Shown here: positions 58,228 to 64,000 of the stretch, piece after piece
Layout of the letters: each line of letters starts with the position of its first letter
Numbering within the stretch: position 1 is the stretch's first letter
DNA from: Candidatus Latescibacterota bacterium
GTDB taxonomy: Bacteria; Latescibacterota; UBA2968; GCA-2709665
Assembly: GCA_965203805.1 (NCBI GenBank)
Contig: OZ241917.1
Span: 3,776,001 to 3,840,000 of the forward strand
DNA: 64,000 nucleotides
Direction: 5' to 3'
Notes under the pieces: model-generated
What the model saw: the letters and a program-made list of their open reading frames with translations, nothing else
Databases searched by the model: none
What the model was told of the DNA's origin: nothing
Position numbers and translations under genes: made by a program

Positions 58228-58405
58228 CGGCCTGTTTGGGCGCGGGTTGCTGCGTCGGTGCGGAGTCAGTAGAACCGGGAGGTAGCGAGGGACGCATGCA
58301 CGGATCGGCAAGCGGCGCCGCGAGTGGCGAATCGTCTCGCTGTTTCGTCGCTTGATCGCGAAACTGCCGGAAGATGAACCGGGCGGGTACTCCCCGCATC
58401 AAAAG

Positions 58406-58432
58406 AAGGGCCGTGTCACTCACACGGCCCTT
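58406..58432. terminator. Bidirectional terminator between convergent Cache and LRR genes
   Basis: AAGGGCCGTGT-cactc-ACACGGCCCTT flanked by A and T runs. Confidence 0.75.
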
Positions 58433-58478
58433 TTTGCATTGGTGATCGTAGAACGTAGAATCCGCTGAAATATGGCTC

Positions 58479-60836
58479 TCAATTCACCGTAAAGGTGTTC
58501 TCGCTGGCATATCTTCCGCGCGTTCCGTCGATCGTGATCTCCGCGACCATCCGGTATTCCCCTGCTTCCGAGGTCGAATAAGGGCAGAGGCCCACGCGCT
58601 GTGTGGCCGGGATATCAGCCCAGGACTCACCGTCCTTTCGCTGCCACTTTGACGAGTGGGTCGTGTAGGTCGCCCCGCCGATGGAGATGCCAATGAGTGT
58701 GATACACTGCTCAGTTGACGACAGCGCCAGGAATTCAACCCCGCCGTTCGACACGAGAAGCCCGGGCAACGGCCTGGTTTCCACCGGCGCGGTCGTCGTT
58801 TCCTCGCAATTCTCGCCGGTGGTCCGGTCGATCCCCTCCAGCCACGACTGAAAGCCCTCGTCGAGCGGCGCGCACAGCCCGGTGCCGTGAAACTGAAAAT
58901 CCTCCATGTTGTTCAAGCTGGTCAGACTGAAGGGAAGCGCGCCCTTCAGGTCTGCATTGTCGTTGACCCACAGCTGAGAAATGCTGGACAGGTTGCCCAT
59001 GGCTTCGGGAACTTCGCCGGTCAACGAATTGCTCGAAAGGTCGAGCCACGCCAGGGCAGGCGCGCTGCCAAATTGGGGGAGGATCGGACCCGTCAGCTTG
59101 TTCTCGGCAATCCACAGCACCTCGAGCGAGGCCATCCCGGTCAGTTCGACCGGTATCTCTCCCGACAGTTCATTCTCGTCGAGTTCCAGCCATCTGAGTT
59201 CCGGCAGGGCGCCAAGTTCCCCGGGAATCTCGCCGTTCAGAATGTTTTCGTTAAGCCTCAGCACTTCGAGGGCGGTCGCCTCCGCCAACGCCGGAGGTAT
59301 GGGTCCGGTCAATTCGTTTGTGCTCAGGTAGAGCCGCTCCAGGTGGCGCAGTTTGCCAAACGTCCCCGGTATTTCGCCTGTCAGCTTATTCTCGGTAAGC
59401 CATATCATATTCACGTTGGTCATATCGCCCAGTTCGGCGGGTAGGGCGCCTGTCAGTTCGTTTTCCGAGAAGTCCAGCCACAACACCTGCGTGAGCCTGC
59501 CCAAAGAAGTTGGAATCTCGCCACTCAACGCATTTTTCCAGATCCAAAGCACCTTCAGGTTTGAAAGATTTCCAAGTTCGGCTGGTAATGCGCCGCTGAG
59601 TTCGTTTTCGTCCAGATTGAGCCAACGCAGTTCAGATAGGTCGCCCAGTTCCGCGGGTATGGCGCCGCTCAACTGGTTGGCGTTGAGTCCCAGCCATCGG
59701 AGTTTGGACAGCCCCCCCAGTTCGGCGGGTATCTCACCGCTCAACGCGTTCCGGTGCAGAAAGAGCGCCTCATTGAGCGTAAGATTCGCCAATTCCAGGG
59801 GAATGGGACCACTGAGGCCGTTTCGTTGAAGGTGGAGCCGTCTGAGATGTGACAGGCTGCCTAATTCGCCGGGAATTTCGCCCGTCAGGTTGTTTTCGCT
59901 CAGGTTCAGGACGGAAACGCGCCCGTCGAACGCGATGACGCCGTGCCACGTGGAAACGTGTCTGTCGGTGAGCCAATTTGTACTTTCCGTCCAGTTGTCT
60001 CCGCCGGTCGACCTGTAAAGCGCCACCAGGGCGTCGCGCTCGGCGGGGTCGACAAGCGGGGCGGGCGGCGGCAGTTCCTTTCCGAACTGGGCCGCGAATT
60101 CGAGAAAATCGCCAAGCTCTACCGATCCGTCGCCGTCCAGGTCGAACCGTCCGTCGAAGGAATCGTCCTCCTGCTGAGACCCGAAATTACTCGCGAACTG
60201 CAGGAAATCGGACAACGCGACCGTACCGTCCCCGTCGAAGTCGGCGCGGTGCACGTCAAGGCCGGGGGACGGAGCCGCCGTACTGTCCTGGAGGGAAATG
60301 TCGATGTCCAGCGACGCGGTTTCATTACGGTATCGGCCGAGAGAGATTTCACCCTCAGCCAGCCGAATTGTGGTGCTTGAAAACGATGCCGACGTACGAA
60401 AACGTGCAGTGCCCAAAAGGCCGGTTCTGGGCGTGGTGCGGCTCGCGAACGGCCAGATGGTTATCTCGATGGAAGTCGGATGCGACTCTTCCGTGGGAGT
60501 CGCCACCGCGTTGGTCATGATTCCGCCAACGTCGAACCCCTCAAAGAGGACCTGGCGCGCGTCGTATTGAAAGAGCATGGATACCGCGGTTGCCCCCTGG
60601 ATGTCATCGCCGAAAATCTGTACGGAAACGACGTCCTCGGCGGAGACTTCAAGAGACGTCGCGCCCTGATCGCCCTCCGCCGCATCCAGGTCCGGAGAAA
60701 GCGAAAACGGTGCCTGGGAATAAAGCGGCGCCGGGCGAATCCACAGGACCAGGGCGATGATTGCAAAGAACAACACAACCGCCACACCGAAATACCGGGC
60801 GTACCAACGAGAGGGATACATCCTCGATTCGGACAT
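58479..60836 (-). CDS. Exported eukaryote-like LRR protein with cohesin-like and dockerin/EF-hand-like domains
   Basis: N-terminal TM/signal; cohesin-like (VSVQIFG..FQYD..GLLGTARFRT); DFDGDGTV..DLDGDGSV; LRR cap ERDALVALY..W..NW; over ten 24-aa LxLxxNxLSGxIPxELGxL repeats. Confidence 0.9.
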   Translation of the reverse strand: MSESRMYPSRWYARYFGVAVVLFFAIIALVLWIRPAPLYSQAPFSLSPDLDAAEGDQGATSLEVSAEDVVSVQIFGDDIQGATAVSMLFQYDARQVLFEGFDVGGIMTNAVATPTEESHPTSIEITIWPFASRTTPRTGLLGTARFRTSASFSSTTIRLAEGEISLGRYRNETASLDIDISLQDSTAAPSPGLDVHRADFDGDGTVALSDFLQFASNFGSQQEDDSFDGRFDLDGDGSVELGDFLEFAAQFGKELPPPAPLVDPAERDALVALYRSTGGDNWTESTNWLTDRHVSTWHGVIAFDGRVSVLNLSENNLTGEIPGELGSLSHLRRLHLQRNGLSGPIPLELANLTLNEALFLHRNALSGEIPAELGGLSKLRWLGLNANQLSGAIPAELGDLSELRWLNLDENELSGALPAELGNLSNLKVLWIWKNALSGEIPTSLGRLTQVLWLDFSENELTGALPAELGDMTNVNMIWLTENKLTGEIPGTFGKLRHLERLYLSTNELTGPIPPALAEATALEVLRLNENILNGEIPGELGALPELRWLELDENELSGEIPVELTGMASLEVLWIAENKLTGPILPQFGSAPALAWLDLSSNSLTGEVPEAMGNLSSISQLWVNDNADLKGALPFSLTSLNNMEDFQFHGTGLCAPLDEGFQSWLEGIDRTTGENCEETTTAPVETRPLPGLLVSNGGVEFLALSSTEQCITLIGISIGGATYTTHSSKWQRKDGESWADIPATQRVGLCPYSTSEAGEYRMVAEITIDGTRGRYASENTFTVN

Positions 60837-61260
60837 GGTTTCGATTCTCCGGATGCAATGCTGTCATTGTATTTTCTCACATTTAACATAAGGTATTCCC
60901 CCAGATTCAACAAGGGCATACCGGGTTGAATATCCCTTGCCGATTAAGTGGACGTTCCCGGCTTTCGTAACCCCGAATCGGTCAATCGAACAAACGGCTG
61001 TGAGACTCGAACCCGTTTACACTACAAAAAGGCGATATCTGCACGAACCGACGATCCATTGCAATCGACCTCCAAATTTACGCAATAAAACTGTTGACAA
61101 CGGATTTGTTGTATCCTCATTGCCGCGCATCGGATCCACCTACCGGGACCGGGCTATCGTAAGTATTCGGCAAGCATCAGTCGGACGATCTCACGAGAGA
61201 ATGCAAGCCGAAGGCGCCCTATCGCACCTGTCCGCGGCGTTTGAGCGACACCCAATGGGG

Positions 61261-61289
61261 TTGACACGGGCGGAATTGTGCGATAGATT
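61261..61289 (+). promoter_or_regulatory. Putative sigma70 promoter for the 61417 gene
   Basis: TTGACA-N17-TAGATT. Confidence 0.5.
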
Positions 61290-61416
61290 TGTTATGTGGT
61301 TTCAATCGACCCGCGACATACGAGAGTTTCACGCGGTTTCGGGTTGCTTGCCTTAATCGGCTGATCGGATGGGCGATACTGTCATGGCCACGAACGTCCT
61401 CTGAAGGAGTGCAGGC

Positions 61417-62499
61417 GTGCAACGATTTGTGCTTTTTGCCATTTTTATGGCGCTGATGTCATTCGGATCGGCTCAGGCGGATGAACCGACCGCGGACGAC
61501 GGGAAGCCCGCTATTGCAAATCCGAAGGCACTTCAGCTTGGCGTTTTGGATAAACAAAAGAGTACTTTGACGAGTTCTGATATGTTGAACGGGGAGGGGG
61601 CGCCCGTGGGGAAAGGGCTTTCGCTGGGGCATGTTCCCTCCAAGTACGAGATCGTAAACGGCCGTGCGTTGAGCGGGAATCCCGGGGACGCCGTGGGCGG
61701 GGAACGGTCGCGGCCTTTGCTGACATCGGATTTTGGAGAAAGAAGATCCAGCGGTAAACTAACGAGGGGTTTGAACATCACCGGCGGGCGAAACGCCTCT
61801 GCAACCCTCAAGCTCGAGCCGATCGACGAGGTCGACGCGGACAACGGGACGTTGAGAATTCTCGTTTCTCTTGCGCACGCGAAAGAACTGAAAGGGTACG
61901 GATTCTCGGTGCACTACGATCCGGCGAAGTACGCGTTCGTGAACGTCAGGGAAACAGAGGAGAATCTGCTCAAGTCCGATACCGGCCGGCAGACGCTGTT
62001 CGTGTCCGCCAACCACACGCCCGGTCGAGTGGATCTCGGCGCAGTGAAGGTGGATGGTCAGGGCGTAAGCGGTGACGGCAGGCTCGTCGAACTCACGTTC
62101 AAGACGCACCGTGCGGCTGCGGCGGGCGACTTCAGGGTCTCGGAAGGCGTATTGATCGGTCTCGACGGCGCGATCGACCGGGTGACGAATGTCGATTTCG
62201 CCCGTCTGATGCCGCAAGCCGGCGAATACAAGCTGGACCAGAATGTGCCCAATCCGTTCAATCCCTCCACCGTCATCGGGTACCGGATTCCGGAAGCCGG
62301 CCCGGTCCGGCTGGTCATTTACAACCTGCTGGGCCAGGAGGTCCGCGTTCTGGTCGACGGCCATATGGAGGCAGGATCGTTCACGGCCACCTGGGATGGA
62401 AAAGATGAGATGGGCAGGCAAGTGTCCAGCGGCATCTATCTCTACCGGATTCAGGCAGGCGGTTTCCTCGCGTCCAGACGAATGATGTTCCTGAAATAA
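61417..62499 (+). CDS. Secreted cohesin-like protein with FlgD-Ig / T9SS-like C-terminal sorting domain
   Basis: Signal peptide; LKGYGFSVHYDP..GDGRLVELTF; L.QN.PNPFNPST.I.Y....IYNLLGQEVR.LV....WDG.D..G..VSSGIYLY. Confidence 0.85.
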   Translation: MQRFVLFAIFMALMSFGSAQADEPTADDGKPAIANPKALQLGVLDKQKSTLTSSDMLNGEGAPVGKGLSLGHVPSKYEIVNGRALSGNPGDAVGGERSRPLLTSDFGERRSSGKLTRGLNITGGRNASATLKLEPIDEVDADNGTLRILVSLAHAKELKGYGFSVHYDPAKYAFVNVRETEENLLKSDTGRQTLFVSANHTPGRVDLGAVKVDGQGVSGDGRLVELTFKTHRAAAAGDFRVSEGVLIGLDGAIDRVTNVDFARLMPQAGEYKLDQNVPNPFNPSTVIGYRIPEAGPVRLVIYNLLGQEVRVLVDGHMEAGSFTATWDGKDEMGRQVSSGIYLYRIQAGGFLASRRMMFLK

Positions 62500-62528
62500 T
62501 CCAGGCTTGACGTTGCAGCGGGATAGAC

Positions 62529-62557
62529 GGGCCGCCCCGAGTGAGAGGCGGCCCTTT
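62529..62557 (+). terminator. Putative terminator hairpin
   Basis: GGGCCGCC-N10-GGCGGCCC followed by TTT. Confidence 0.45.
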
Positions 62558-62593
62558 CCATTCCAGACGATCATCCAATGGAGGGAAGGAAGC

Positions 62594-63499
62594 ATGCCTC
62601 GTTCCTGCGCAATCGCCCTGGCGGTCCTGGCTGCGCTCGGATTCGTGCCGCCGGTTGTCGCGGAAACCCCGGACTTCTATGCGCACTGGGGGGACGGCAG
62701 AGCGGAGATCTCCAGCTATCGCGTGGCGCAGCCTCGATACGGAGAGAACCGCGAGGGCTACGGCGTCCTCATTTTCGTCACGGAAGACCTGAACCGGAAT
62801 ACCTACATCAAGGTCGAGTCGCCCACGCCGCGGGCAGACCGGGTCTACGTTCTCAAGCTGAACAACATTCTCAAGTTCACCACCGGGATTTACGACTATG
62901 CGGTAATGACTTCCGTCTTCAGCGCCGTCGAGGGGTTCGCGGGTACCAATCCGTTCGAGTTGATGAAGGTAAACCTGAGTTCGCAGGAATGGTGCGGGCA
63001 TATTTTCGATGAAATTCGCGTGGATAACGGCTATCTGCGCGGCGCCCTCAACAGTTATTTTGAGCGCGAAGGCTTACGTACATATAGCCTGGACATGCCC
63101 GAAGGGTTTCAGAGCGAAGACCATCTGCTCATACAAATCCGGGAACTCAAGGGTCCGATAATGCAGGCGGGCGAATCCCGGCCGATCAAGCTTCTACGCA
63201 CGCTGTGGTCGTACCGGACGCGGCACCGCCCCCACGCGCTGGCGGACGCGATATTGAGCAAAGGAACGCCCGAGGCGGTTACTGCCTCGGGAAAGAGCCG
63301 CGATGCCATCCCGTGGCGGGTGGCGGCGGGCGACTGGAGCAAGACAATATGGGTGGAGAAATCCTACCCCCACCGCATCCTGAAATGGGAGGGCGCGTCG
63401 GATGGTTCGGGGGAGTTGATAGTGACGATCCGCGAGCCCTACTGGCGACAGAAGACGGCTAAAGACGAAATCTTCCGGAAGCGACTGGGGATCCCCTGA
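62594..63499 (+). CDS. Conserved exported hypothetical protein
   Basis: Signal peptide; FYAHWGDGRAEISSY...RYGE.REG, IFVTED, VLKLN..F.TGIY.Y, SSQEWCG; AAGGAAG RBS. Confidence 0.75.
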   Translation: MPRSCAIALAVLAALGFVPPVVAETPDFYAHWGDGRAEISSYRVAQPRYGENREGYGVLIFVTEDLNRNTYIKVESPTPRADRVYVLKLNNILKFTTGIYDYAVMTSVFSAVEGFAGTNPFELMKVNLSSQEWCGHIFDEIRVDNGYLRGALNSYFEREGLRTYSLDMPEGFQSEDHLLIQIRELKGPIMQAGESRPIKLLRTLWSYRTRHRPHALADAILSKGTPEAVTASGKSRDAIPWRVAAGDWSKTIWVEKSYPHRILKWEGASDGSGELIVTIREPYWRQKTAKDEIFRKRLGIP

Positions 63500-63521
63500 A
63501 CCACAATTTGGAGGTAAGCGA

Positions 63522-64000
63522 ATGACGCCGATCGAACAGGCGCGGGAAGCCATCGAACAGAGCGACATCGAAAGGTTGGAAGGGCTGATCGCGTCCCATC
63601 CGGACCTGCCCAATCTAAGGTCGAAAGACAACGATCGCACGCTGCTGCATACGATCGCGGACTATCCGGGGCACAAGCCGAAGGGCATTGAGATGGCCCG
63701 GCTGGTCATCGACGCGTGCGCCGACGTGAACGCGCGTTTCCAGCACGGGCAGGTTGCAGCAGTGAAAGAGACGCCGCTGCACTGGGCGGCGAGCAACGAC
63801 GACGTCGACCTGGCGGAGCTGCTTCTGGACGCGGGGGCGGATATCGATGCGGACGCCGGCGTTATCGCGAACGGGACGCCGATTTGGAACGCCGTCATTT
63901 TTCGGTGTATAAACGCGGCACGGCTGTTGATCGACCGCGGAGCAGCGTCGAATCTGATGACTGCCGCGGGCGCCGGACGAAGGGACATGGTGGACCGGTT
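63522..64000 (+). CDS. Ankyrin-repeat protein (3'-truncated by window edge; absent from the ORF track)
   Basis: GGAGG RBS; translation MTPIEQ..RTLLH..ETPLHWAASNDDVDLAELLLDAGADID..GTPI. Confidence 0.88.
   Translation, partial: MTPIEQAREAIEQSDIERLEGLIASHPDLPNLRSKDNDRTLLHTIADYPGHKPKGIEMARLVIDACADVNARFQHGQVAAVKETPLHWAASNDDVDLAELLLDAGADIDADAGVIANGTPIWNAVIFRCINAARLLIDRGAASNLMTAAGAGRRDMVDR

Noticed and set aside
60937-61356. 139-aa ORF between the divergent LRR and cohesin genes
   Set aside because: TTG start without RBS, no motifs, and it spans two promoter-like elements

Overview
Bacterial window, probably from an FCB-superphylum organism (Latescibacterota/Gemmatimonadota-like) with a host-associated, sponge-symbiont-like gene repertoire. 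This is inferred from a FlgD-Ig/T9SS-like C-terminal domain, a DUF6785-type membrane protein, a PhyH-HEAT fusion, and plant-type LRR and ankyrin proteins. There are five blocks. (1) 1-13.7 kb: visibly lower-GC island with the 3' end of an NRPS (A-T-C-A-T, no TE), a DUF2332 gene, a DUF5916-type outer-membrane protein, a small beta-sandwich protein and a BtrH/papain-fold acyltransferase, interspersed with decayed IS21-, IS110- and IS1380-like remnants. (2) 14-26 kb: GC-rich putative catabolic locus (sulfatase-like, TIM-barrel, DUF6785 permease, heparinase II/III-like, homocysteine S-methyltransferase, Gfo/Idh/MocA), followed by an AT-rich DUF2188 + ClpP-like islet. (3) 27-46 kb: housekeeping and metabolism (RidA, proS, amidohydrolase, RNase Z-like, a T-free 26-bp VNTR, GT4, CocE/NonD, UbiD, PhyH-HEAT, DsbD, TRAP transporter, polA). 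(4) 46.5-56.8 kb: probable defence island with a Type ISP-like restriction-modification polypeptide carrying an extra C-terminal helical domain and overlapping a papain-fold (DUF7689-like) gene, then a coupled pair of STAND-like ATPases (the second with TPRs). (5) 57-64 kb: secreted Cache/LRR/cohesin/dockerin-like proteins and a truncated ankyrin gene. The best candidate for a new system is the RM-fused helical domain plus papain-fold enzyme pair. A second surprise is that the 52.4-52.7 kb intergenic region looks like a collapsed, gene-less copy of the intergenic flanks found at 56.9, 58.3 and 61.1 kb. No rRNA, tRNA or CRISPR array was seen. Family names come from motif recognition, not database searches.
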